Shown here piece after piece: positions 50,768 to 61,749 of a stretch of DNA of 64,000 bases. Every line of letters begins with the position of its first letter. Within the stretch, counting starts at the first letter, position 1. The DNA lies in contig OZ316893.1 of assembly GCA_973895155.1 (NCBI GenBank), positions 25,099,520-25,163,519 on the forward strand, given 5' to 3'. The notes beneath the pieces are model-generated. The model saw only the letters and a list, made by a program, of their open reading frames with translations, did no database searches and was not told where the DNA came from. A program made the position numbers and the translations under genes. This DNA is from Marsupella aquatica. Taxonomy: Eukaryota; Plantae; Marchantiophyta.

Positions 50768-51166
50768 ATCATCTTGCCTTTTGCGTCTTTTTCTTTATGC
50801 CTTGTTTTTACTGCGTGGCGACCAATGTTTTTCTCCAAAATTTGTGCAAACGAGAAGGTGACCATTATTTTGATTCCCAACAAAGAGTAGTCGTGTTTGT
50901 CGTACGTAACAATGATGTTATTATTTATTTAAATATTTAGAAGTTTATTTAACTACATTTTTTCATATTTTCAATTTCATTGTAATGATTTATTTTATAT
51001 TTGAAAATAACAAAAGAAACTAAAGTGGTTTTGTGTAAAAAAAATCATCTTGCCTTTGTGTCTTTTTCTTTATGCCCTATTTTTATTGTGTGGCAACCAA
51101 ATTTTTTTCCAAAATTTGCACAAAGAAGAAGGCGGCCATTATTTTGATTTCCAACAAAGAGTAGTC
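50768..51166. repeat. Direct repeat (~125 bp x2) separated by an AT-rich spacer
   Basis: atcatcttgccttt..gtctttttctttatgcc...ccattattttgatt.ccaacaaagagtagtc at ~50768-50892 and ~51044-51166. Confidence 0.8.
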
Positions 51167-52029
51167 TTATTGTAAGTTCACTATGATGTGAATGCTGTGG
51201 TGTCTGGAATTTTGGAAAATACTCCTCATGGGGGTCTGAAAAAAGCCTATACTAATTTTACTTGTGACAAATAAGAAGAAAAGAACTGAGGACCCCACTA
51301 TAGGGAGAAGTCCCAAGACAAAAAGCCTTTGCTGTGTTGGAAATGTGACAAGTTTGGTTACACAAAAGAAGCCTGTCAAGGTAAGGCAACAAGACAAATA
51401 AGACAATTTTGTGCCATACAATTTTGTGCCATAGAAGCACTCCGCTCCAAACCATGAATATAATTTTCTGCCATACAAAGCACTCTGCACCAAACCAGGG
51501 CCTGCTCAATCTCGAAAATGGGTAAAATTGATCCCCTCTTCACCTACCTTCTTGGTAGATAGCCCCTCCTTGGATCAAGGCCAGCTCAATCTCGAGACTG
51601 GGTCAAAAAAAGTTTGATCCCCTCTTGATCTATCTTTTGGTACATAGCCCTTTGTATCACTTCTGGGTAAACATATTCCGTTGTGAAATGTTTTCCCACA
51701 CAGCATTTGACACCCCCTACTACTCAGATGCACTAGTCAATACTAGACTTTACTAAAGGTTTTTATGGAGACGCTCACACCTGATATTTAATTTGTCATG
51801 CCATTGCATCCACCTGTGTGTATTGCCTTTGCCTTGTCATTCTAATTTTTGCTAACGAAAGTATTTCTTCAATGGCTAAATTTTTCTCAATCCAAAAACA
51901 CTCTCCAAGTCCCACTGATTCCCCTCACCCTCCTTGATCTCCTTTTTGCCTAGCTGATTTAGGGGTTGCATTGCGGGTAAACTGATACAATTATTCTCTA
52001 TCGTGGACCCACTGTAGAGGACCCAACCT

Positions 52030-52240
52030 GTCCCTGGGCACTGGCCGGTCTTCGGAGTGTGCTACTCCTTCTGTAGTTTTCTAGGCTTTTGGTTTAGTTC
52101 TTGCCTCCCTTTGAGGCTCTGCTCCTTCTCCGGTTCTGACCTTTTCTGGCCTCGACACATTTGACCGTTGGTCCTTTGGGTTGGTGTCCCGTTGTTGGGC
52201 CCCCCACATTGCCCCCCGCATTGTATACTGACTTTTTGAA
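52030..52240 (+). mobile_element. 5'-truncated relative of the neighbouring LINE (3' UTR only)
   Basis: cactggccggtctt(a)cggagtgtgct.ctcc.tct is shared with ~60012-60047, and ttgtat.ctg...tttgaat is shared with ~60181-60201. Confidence 0.65.
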
Positions 52241-53967
52241 TAGGATAATGTCCTGGTTAGAGAGCATTATGAGATCTAATGCCCTGACAAACGAGAGCGA
52301 CAGCCCAAGTTTTGAGGGCATTATTCTCATAATGCCAATAACTAGGACATTAATGTGCGTAAAACCTTGAGTGATTTTTGGGTAACAAATAAGAAAGATT
52401 GAATCTCTGAAAGGAAAATCCAAACAAAAGGGCCCACAATTGGCCAAAGGTATAGAGAAGCTAAAAACAAATCTTGTGATTTTGATACAAGTTATTATGG
52501 TATTTTATTTGGTAACACTATATTTGGTTTTTAACTTTCCTATTTTTGTGATAATTCACATAATGCACTCCTCAAAAGAACTCAAAAGAAGGGAATATGT
52601 ATGGGAAATTAATGCACTCAAATACACTGAGAAAAATCACAAAAATGTTTCCTTAATAGAATTCATCTATTTTTCTCGAGGCAAAAGAAATTCTCTCAAT
52701 CCAAATTTTTGGGATGATTCACCCTTTAAAAGGCTTTTCGTCCCCTCGAAAGAACCAATTGAAAAGCCCTTTTTGTCATGTTAGTAAACAAACAAACCAA
52801 TTCTTGATGTGATGACATCTGCAGTTTTCGTGCCATTTCATTTGGGAGAGTGAGCGTTCGAGAAAGGTCTCAACTAAAAAGGAAACAGAGGAAAAAGGTT
52901 TCAACTAGACATAGAACGACAAAATCCAAATTGGAAGATGGAATTTCGACCTAAAAACACGAGAGAAGATCAAGGAGGCTCGCGCGATGTAGGGCTCCGG
53001 CGGTAGAGGTGTGCGGGGAGGAGAGACTCTGTAAACGGGTCACACTTTGCGCATACGGCTGCCAATAATTACTCTGGCATTTACTTTGGCAATCGTATCT
53101 TTTGACCGGTTATCCCTCCCACCTGACAGTGTACCATACCGTTCAGGGTAACTCGGTTCGAAATGACCGGCGCTGCCTTGCCAACCGGTTTTGTCCTCTC
53201 TCAACAGCCAGAACATGTTTACCCTGAGTAATTACGATACTTACACACCTCAGGGTTTCCCGTCCGTCGCTCTGCGCAGACACTGCGCACTGAATGTTCC
53301 ACTTTCCTCAAAGGATTTGACAGTTTACACATGTTTTGTTGCGGTTTTTGTCTGTACTCGCGTTCTGTCTATTGGCGCCATTTTCTGCCTACGGTGCTGT
53401 GATTCTCGGCTTTCTGCGGAGACGTTCGCACCTGATTTGGGGAAGACAGTCGCTTGGAGTGCGGACGGCTGGCATTGGTGTTGGCACGGCCTTCACTGTG
53501 AGTTCTTTTTTGGCAATACCATCCATCGTCGTACCTTCTGGGCCAACTAGACCTTCCTATACATCACGCTTCTCACAAAGGAAGTGCCGCCCGTGTACAA
53601 CTTCCTTTTGAGTGCTCCATTTCTCGGCTGTGGTCCTCAACAACGTTGCGGGCTCTCTGGACTGGATCCTGGACGTTGTGCGCTTTCATTTTTGCTTAGT
53701 TCTCTCTCTGCATTGGCGTGTGAGGAATTACACGCCTGTCTGCTCTTGTTCCTGGGAGCGGTCTGCATTCGGAGTGTTCAGGGACCATTGACAGAGACAA
53801 TACCATACATACCACGACGCTCTGCTCTCTGAACCTGATTACTTCCGTGCGGTCACAGTGTTTTGGCGCTTTGAGGGCAACTGCTGGCTTTTGGGAGTCT
53901 GACCTGTTATATAGTGATATCCCTGCTCGATTGCACAACTCAACGTTGCTGCTGTGTGGGGTGCGGA

Positions 53968-55737
53968 ATGAGGCACTCGTCGGTCACAACCAGCATGACT
54001 ACGGGGGAGACACATCAGAAAACTCGGCGGACTAATGCAACCCCTGCTGCCTCGCTACGCCCAGCATATGCATCAAGCACGTCTGCTACACGCACATCAC
54101 ATTACAAGACTGTACCTGTTGCAACCCTCGGGGCCGAGGACGATAAGGTGTACTGTATTCCCAGGGAGATCCTTCAGAATGGCACCAATCGAATTTTCGG
54201 AAATAAGCTGGTGTTGGTCTTCGAGTCTGAATTCGACTCCCGGCAAGCTCAAGACTGGGTGGCAGCCTTCAACCAGGAGAATGAGGTGAAACTTACTTTG
54301 CACGACGAATTAGTTCATTCCATTTTTGTTGTGCAATTTGATAACTCCACGGATGCCAGCATCAAGACGACTCTACTGAACCAGTCCCCCCTCAAGGCCT
54401 TGGATAAGTACGCTGCGGTGAATGACTACTCCGTTAATTTTGATCCTTGTAACTCAGCAAGTTTCAAACATCTGGTCACTGTGTACATCAAGCAAGGCAG
54501 CCCTGAAATCTACGAATTCATTAAATTTGTGGTTGAGCCTATCGGCCGCCTCATCAAGGCCAAGCTAGCCCCAGGTACTGAGCTCCATCACATCTCTACG
54601 ATTGTTGAGACTTGCCGGAAAACCTTTCCTGCAAAAGGTAAATTCTGTCTCAGTACTCCCGGGATCACTACCGTCCCTTTTGACTACATTGGCCGAAATC
54701 TTCGCTGCTGTTTCTGCTTTTCGTATCGTCATTCTGCCTCCAGGTGCACACAGCCAAAGCCACGATTGCTCCTGGAACACAACTCTCCTGGGAAGGTGAC
54801 TCTGCATCCAGCTGCACCACCAGTCACTGCTCCATTGAAGCGAAGGTTGGACCACGACGTGCTCCTGAGCTATCAGGCTGACCTCCAGAGAGTGCGGGCG
54901 GAGGCTGAGTACTGGAAGGAGCGTGCTGAGGAGCAGCAACGACGTGAGGACCAGGAACTACAGGCGCTAGCACTTCAGGGGGCTGCTTTCGAGGCAAAAT
55001 TGGCAGCTGCAAAGGTTTCTCCACCGACCACCTCTGCATCCAGGACCTCAGCCAGGAAGAAAACCAGTCATTCTCGAAGGAAGTCTCGCAAACAAGCATC
55101 TGTGGCCAAGGGTAACATTGCTCCTCCCCTGAAATCTTTGGTGACTTCTCCCTGTCATGCAGCCCCGACTTCTTCCAGCCTGGCTCTCATTCCCGCATCT
55201 AGCTCACACACTACCCCCCTACCTGATAATCTGGCACCTCCGAAAATCCCCTTCACAACAGTGATTGACACTTCTTCTCCGACACCCTCTAGGAAGAATC
55301 CCAGGTGCCCACCCAAGAAAATCTGGGCAGCTAGGTCGCAGCCAACCAACACTTTGTCACCTGGCACATCCCCCCGGGAGGACCAACAATCTCAAACTTC
55401 TCCGGCCTCTGCTGCACAAGCCGAATCTAGTGCACATTCACCTGATCAAAACCCCCCAGCAGAGATTGAGAACGTTACTCTCCGGAAGAGACACCGACCT
55501 AGGTCTTCATCTGAGACTGAAACTGACCCGTTGACCACTGCCCTCCTCTCTACCCCTAGCTCCAACAAGAGAATCAAACTTTGTGAGGAGGATCCCCTGA
55601 CTGTGACATCTATTCGAAGACCAATTGCACATCATGAAACCTCTCACGCTGGTGAGCTACAATCTCAGGGGACTCACATCAAGGAGACGCCGATTACGGG
55701 CCCGGTTCATTCTGGAGGGCCTTCAGCACAAGCCTGA
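53968..55737 (+). CDS. LINE ORF1 protein (nucleic-acid binding; CCHC zinc knuckle, coiled coil, disordered S/P/T-rich tail)
   Basis: Open frame of ~590 aa with CFCFSYRHSASRC (CX2CX4HX4C), followed by heptads YQADLQRVRAEAEYWKERAEEQQRREDQELQ. Start ATG uncertain. Confidence 0.8.
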   Translation: MRHSSVTTSMTTGETHQKTRRTNATPAASLRPAYASSTSATRTSHYKTVPVATLGAEDDKVYCIPREILQNGTNRIFGNKLVLVFESEFDSRQAQDWVAAFNQENEVKLTLHDELVHSIFVVQFDNSTDASIKTTLLNQSPLKALDKYAAVNDYSVNFDPCNSASFKHLVTVYIKQGSPEIYEFIKFVVEPIGRLIKAKLAPGTELHHISTIVETCRKTFPAKGKFCLSTPGITTVPFDYIGRNLRCCFCFSYRHSASRCTQPKPRLLLEHNSPGKVTLHPAAPPVTAPLKRRLDHDVLLSYQADLQRVRAEAEYWKERAEEQQRREDQELQALALQGAAFEAKLAAAKVSPPTTSASRTSARKKTSHSRRKSRKQASVAKGNIAPPLKSLVTSPCHAAPTSSSLALIPASSSHTTPLPDNLAPPKIPFTTVIDTSSPTPSRKNPRCPPKKIWAARSQPTNTLSPGTSPREDQQSQTSPASAAQAESSAHSPDQNPPAEIENVTLRKRHRPRSSSETETDPLTTALLSTPSSNKRIKLCEEDPLTVTSIRRPIAHHETSHAGELQSQGTHIKETPITGPVHSGGPSAQA

Positions 55738-58700
55738 CATTCTCTGTATTCAGGAGCATAAATTACGAGCGGGACGTGCATACAGACTTCAAGCTGAAGT
55801 GTGGAGGGATGCTCGTTGGATTTTCGCTCCTGCTTTGGATGGAGTCCACTCCACCCGCAACCAGAGAGTCTCTGCTGGCCTGGGAGGCGTTGCTGTGGCT
55901 GTCAACAAGTCCTTAACCCCTCACATTACATCGGAAGGGGTTCTTCCCAGTAATCGTGCCACCTGGGTTTGTTTTGAGACTGTGCAACTAGGCAAGGTGG
56001 GTGTGCTTGGCATCTATGCCCCGAACACTTCTCAAGGACGTACTGATCTTTGGCGTGAGATTTTCAACCGCCTAGACAAGAGTTACAGATGGATCTTTAT
56101 GGGAGATTTCAATATGATTGAGGAGACGGCTGACCAGAGAGGTGGAGTTGGCACATGTGTTTCTGGTAGTGAAAGGCGGGCTTGGCGTCATATGAAGAGG
56201 AGATTTCACCTTGAGGACTCCTTCCAACAGGAGCCGGGGCACCTTCGTTTTAGCTGGGATAGCAAGCGGGCCTTTAGGCATCTGTTGTCAATGCAGGAAT
56301 GTCACTTGGGAGATCGGATCATTCGCCGTATTGATAGTGTCTACCGGCCGGCACAGGAGCTGAACCCACGATTTGCTCTGGTTTCCACCATCTTACCTGG
56401 GATCAATCTGTCTGATCATGCCCCTGTTGTTGCCACCCTAACCCCGATCACATCCACCAACCGTTTTTCACAACATCGCATGAACACAGGGCACCAAAAT
56501 CAGAAGCTGTACCAAGATCACATTTCTGCTCTGTGGGAGAAGGAGGTACTCAGATGCACGAGCTTGGGGCTGGCTCCGGATGTGATGTTAATCCGCTGCC
56601 TTAAGAGGGCCCGGAAGATGGACCGGGCTTGGGGGAAGCGGCGGGCTGATGAAAGGCGCCTGAAGGAGAGAAACCTCAGGAGGCTTTTAGCAACTGCTCA
56701 GCTCCGTCTTGAGGTGGATCCACAATGCGAGGTGGCTCAGGCAGAAGTGCTGCTGGCTGACAGGGCCCTCTTGGACTTTGAGGCGGAGAAGGTTCGCTGG
56801 ATGGATCAGGTTCTGCAAGCTAGATGGATTGAGGACGGGGACAAGTGCTCTAGGCTGTTCTTCAAAACCTTCAAGGGCCTCTCTTCAGATAAGGAGATTC
56901 ACAAGCTCATTGATGGGAATGGTTGTGAGATCTCTAATTGGGATGAGATGGCCGACTTCAGCACTAGGTTCTTCTCGGATATCAAATGGTGTGAACCTTG
57001 AGCAGCTGGAGAAGGTGTTCTCCTTACAATTAGATTGTATCTCTGCACAGGACCAGGCAGCCCTTAACTCACCTCTGTCCTTGGATGAGCTTTTCTTGGC
57101 TGCCAAATCCCTTGCCAGCAACAAATGCCCTGGCCCTGATGGTGTACCGGTGGAATTTTTTGTGGCCAATTGGAGAGTGGTGGGACCTGCTCTGCTTGGG
57201 GCACTGATACATGGAATGTCTAGTGAAGCTCTTCATCCTGATTTTACACGGGGCTTCATAGTACTTCTCTGCAAGAAAGGAGATCAACGTTACCTCAACA
57301 ACAAGCGCCCTATCACGTTGCTCAATGTCATTTACAAGATTGGAGCCAAGGCTTTTCAATTGAGGCTGGTCCCAATTCTGCAGAGATTCATCTCCCCGCA
57401 GCAATTTGCCTTTCTCCCCGGCAGAAATATACAGCACTCGCTTCTACTGCTCAATGAATCTTTGCATCATGCTGAACAAAGCAAGCTTGAATATATTCTC
57501 ATGAAGCTTGATGTTACCAAGGCCTTTGACATGCTGGAGTGGCACTTTCTTCTTGGACTTCTGAAGAAAGTTGGAATGGATGGCCTTATTTTACAATTTC
57601 TCAATGCTACCCAAGTCTCATCCTCATCTGCTGTGCTTCTGAACGGGAGGATGGCCAGAAGTTTTCAGTTAGCCTGGTCTGTGAGGCAGGGTTGTCCACT
57701 GTCTCCCTTGTTGTTCATTATTGCTATTGATGCTTTGAGCAAGCTTCTACATAAGGAAATCCATGAGGGAACCATACAAGGGGTTGAAATTGATTCTGTC
57801 GGTGTTCATAATGTGCATAATATGTATGCTGATGATGTGTCTCTTCTGATCCGGGCTATCATGACAGTGGTCATGAAATGCATGGAGATTTTTGATATCT
57901 TCGGCATGGCCTTCGGCCTGTTCTGCAACTGGGAGAAGACAAAGGCTGCGTTCATTTCACCACAACCCATGAGAGCTGAATTCCAGCGACTACCATGGAA
58001 GTGGGAGACCGATTCTGATGCAAGTAAGTTGTTAGGCATCCCTGTCGCTCAGCATTTCTCAGAAGAGCAGATGGTACGCACGCTTTCTGAGAAATTGGAG
58101 AATCGCCTGGACCAGATGCGCATGAGCTCCTCTTCGTTGGCTGCACGGATTACTATTGCCAATCACCTTGTGCTCAGCACACTCTGGTACATGCTTACTG
58201 TGTGGGCTGGGAAGATATCCACTCTTGATGCCATTCAAAAGAAGGTGACCCACTTTGTTTGGGCTGGGCAGAATGAGAAGGCTCGTTCCCGGGTTGACTT
58301 TGTGACAATTACGAGACCAAAGAGGTTTGGAGGTCTTGGGCTCATCTCTATTGCTGCTCAGTTTCGGGCCCTTGCAGGGAGTTTCATTGTTTGGGCCCTG
58401 GTTGAACACGACCATCCCTTGCGTCGCATTTTACAGCACTCCATCCGTCAGCTCTCGTTGAAGAAATGGGGCTCTGAAGACTTTGCTTGGGTGTTCAATC
58501 CATGCTTTACGGTGCCGAAGGGATCCTCTGGTGTTTGGACTAATGTCTGTACTGGCTGGAATGTGATCAAGAAACACCTGGGTCCGACTGCTCCGACGCA
58601 CTTGGAGGGATGGATGTCTCTCCCTTTGTGGCGGCCACATCTCAACCACTTTCAGGCCTCTCAGGCCAGGTGTCACAGCAATCCGCAATGACAGATCCGT

Positions 58701-59900
58701 AGAGCTGGCTTTCTGACCATGGGTGATGTCTTCTCTGTACAGGGGCAGCCCCTGGTCTGGGAAGATGGCCCGTGCAATCGGCTTCCCCGTAGCTGTGCTC
58801 ATGCTTATCGCAAAATGCTCACCAACCTGCGGACTGTCCCGGAGTTGGATTCAGATCGACGGCAACAGACAGTAATTTACATGGAAGGACTTCTCCCTAA
58901 TCTTTCCCACGTGGTGTGGGAATTCAAGGTGCAAAAGAATCACTACACCTCGCACTGGCGTATTTTCTTTGCTGCTAGCGTTGCTACCCGTACCTTCACT
59001 GTCTGTAATGGATTCCTAGTGCCCACTGCAAAATCCCAACCCCCACCATCGATCTCTCTCCACCCGGTATTGATACGAACATCCCCTGGGGCGGGTGCCT
59101 GGCAGCGCATTGGAAGACCATGTGGGGACTTGGGGGCTGCTACCCAGTAGAGTTGGAAGGATGGCAGGCCCTTTTTCGATACCAACACAGCGCACCTTCG
59201 GGAGATGCAGGGCCAGGAGAGACGTGTTTTGCATAGAGCACTGCACAAATGGTCGACCCGTCTTCTCTGGCAACCCAACCCACAGGAGCTGTGGCGTCGG
59301 ACCTGGCTCAAATTTCGGGCTGCTTCTGAGAATTGTTTCCTTTGGCAGATGATCTACCGTATCCCCGCTACTCAACACTGGCATTTTCCTACCCTCTCGG
59401 CATCGGACCCTACCACCTGGTGCTCACGTTGCAACAATGGGGTGCAAGAGGACATTGTTCATTGCATTTGGAGTTGTCCCATCTCCCAGCTTGTGTGGAA
59501 CTGGGTCCTATATACTTTGCGGCTTGCTTCACCCACTGGCCAATTCCACTCGGCCTTGGAGCCTGCCCACATTTTCCTGGCTGTACAGCTCCCGGAGATG
59601 TGGGATGTACCTCAGAAGCTTTGGGACATCCTTAGGGCCATTGTTAGCTGGAACATTTGGAAGGATAGGAGCTCACATTTTATTGAACATACTCGCTCTG
59701 ACCCTCAGGCTGTCATCCGCAAATCTTGGCATAGGCTCACCGTCTATATGCAAAAGGATTGGGCCCGTCACAGACAGAAGATAAGGCTTGGGAAGGCTAC
59801 TATGAAGGTATCTTTGCTGATATGGCTCTGAATTATGGCTCATATGCTGGCCTTTGGGAGACTCACGAGGAGATTCTCCAGGTTCCCCCAGTGCCTCCTA
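55634..59900 (+). pseudogene. LINE ORF2 (APE endonuclease, reverse transcriptase, C-terminal zinc finger), disrupted
   Basis: EN motifs YNLRGL, LCIQEHK, MGDFN, RIDSVY, SDHAPV; RT motifs KCPGPDG, RPITLLNVIYK, LDVTKAFD, RQGCPLSPLLF, YADD; CSRC..EDIVHCIWSC. Frameshift near 56980 and in-frame stops at 58689 (TGA) and 59148 (TAG). Confidence 0.92.
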
Positions 59901-61749
59901 GACCCCCTTGAGGGGTCCTTAGCTTTCTGGGTAGGGGTTTGTCCTGTAGATAGATCGACAGGATTTCTTTTTGTCATGGATCCACTGGATGGTCCCTCGC
60001 CGGGGCCTCTTCACTGGCCGGTCTTACGGAGTGTGCTGCTCCCTCTACAGTTGTTGAACGTCTTGTTTAGTTGTCTCGCTGATGAGGCCTCTCCTCTACC
60101 CTGGTGCCGGCTTCACCGGTTTCCTGCACTGCGACCTCCGGTCCCCCTTGGGTGTTGTCCCCCTCTTGTGGGCCACCCTGTTGTATGCTGTCTCTTTGAA
60201 TGGAATTCAATTGGATATTTCAAGGCAATAAAAACACGAGAGAAAGGTGGGGAAAAAGACAAGACGTAAACGGAAAGAAAACAGCACCAATGTTTCCTTT
60301 TCAGCGCCAAAAAAGGCACAGCTCCCGAAGCCACACCGAATGATGGAGATCAGTCATGTCCAGTACTGCCAGAATTATTAGTTCTTTCGAAGAGGATACG
60401 CCTCTGACTGCAAAAGCCACAGCGTGATTCCAATGTTTCCACTTTGCAGTCGAGCCTGTTCAAGCAGAGCGACGCGCGAATGATGGTCCATGTGACTACT
60501 GTAGTCAAACGTGATTCACGAACAATAGAACGATTACTGAAACGAGAGCAATACCGTTAGAACATAGCTTTGAGTTCATCTCAACTGAAGTTGTACAAAG
60601 TGTTGTAAGAAGCACAGGTCATTGCACCCGAAAACCCTAATTATATCTATGAAGTAATTGAATGTGAATCACGAACACATGATCTGAAACGAAAACAATT
60701 TAACATAATCTACTATATCTCAGACTGAAATTGTACAAGGATTGTAGTAAGCACAGGTCAACCGCAGTTTCTGCGTTGTAGCTTTCGTAACTCACGCTGC
60801 CTTTCCTTTCCATAATGGGCCCGTAGAGATGTCAGAAACATGTGAGCCACCCTGTAGAAACATGTGAGCCATCCTGTAGCCGAAACCAGTTTTCTGTGGT
60901 GAAATTGTGTGCCACCCTGTGGAAACATGTGAACCAAACCTTTCTGTAGCCGAAACCATTTTGATTTGGTTGAAATGTCTGACGCTTTCGCTCGCTTTGT
61001 TGGAATTTTGAGGGACACGAGGGCTCGTGAAGTAATTACAAACGCAGAGTTGCACAATAAAATTGTGCGAGCAGATCAGCTGATCAGAGGCCATCACTCA
61101 CTCTCCAATCAGCATCCATCAGAGTTTCAGAGTGGTAGGCCTAATTAATTGCCAGCATCGTGATGGCCCACGCCAGCGGAATGTGATGTCATGTTTGTCG
61201 CGTTGAGGTCTTTCTCAGGAGCAATTGAGCAAAGGCAACAAAGGTAAAGGAAGAGGGCACAAACTCCACAAAGGCTCCCAACAACCTCACAGTGTCCACA
61301 TTCATGCCTCCCGCCAACCTTGCAATAACTCGATTCCAGTGCTCGGCCAGCCGTGTTGCATTCCGCCATCGCTCATTCCTTTGCCCCTCCGTGTTCCTTG
61401 CCCGCCGATTGTGTAACGGCTGCATATGGGATTTCTGGAGATTGTGGCATCGGGTCCGTCGACGCCTACCACAGTACTGATGTGGTACTGCAGTGAGTAC
61501 TGCAGTGAGTAGTGCATGAGGACATGGAGTGAACCCGGTCGGGGGACCGCCGGCGCGTGGTAGGCAGCAAAAGGTGCCGTGAAAATGTTTTTGAGTATTT
61601 AGGGCCGTTTTGCATGATTGTAGAGGGGTCCTGGAAAAAATGGCCTTTAAGTGAACTGATGGCAGCTTGTAAATGAAGGGAGACTTTCACGCCACAACCC
61701 CTTCCCCTGGTTTTCCTGATGGCAATCATTGAAGAGCAAGGGCCGGAAA

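Larger units (their letters stand above)
52968..60228 (+). mobile_element. Full-length L1/Tx1-clade LINE retrotransposon (~7.26 kb) with exact 16-bp TSD
   Basis: taaaaacacgagagaa at 52952-52967 and 60229-60244; ~1-kb 5'UTR, ORF1, ORF2 (EN-RT-zinc finger) and a pyrimidine-rich 3'UTR. Confidence 0.93.
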
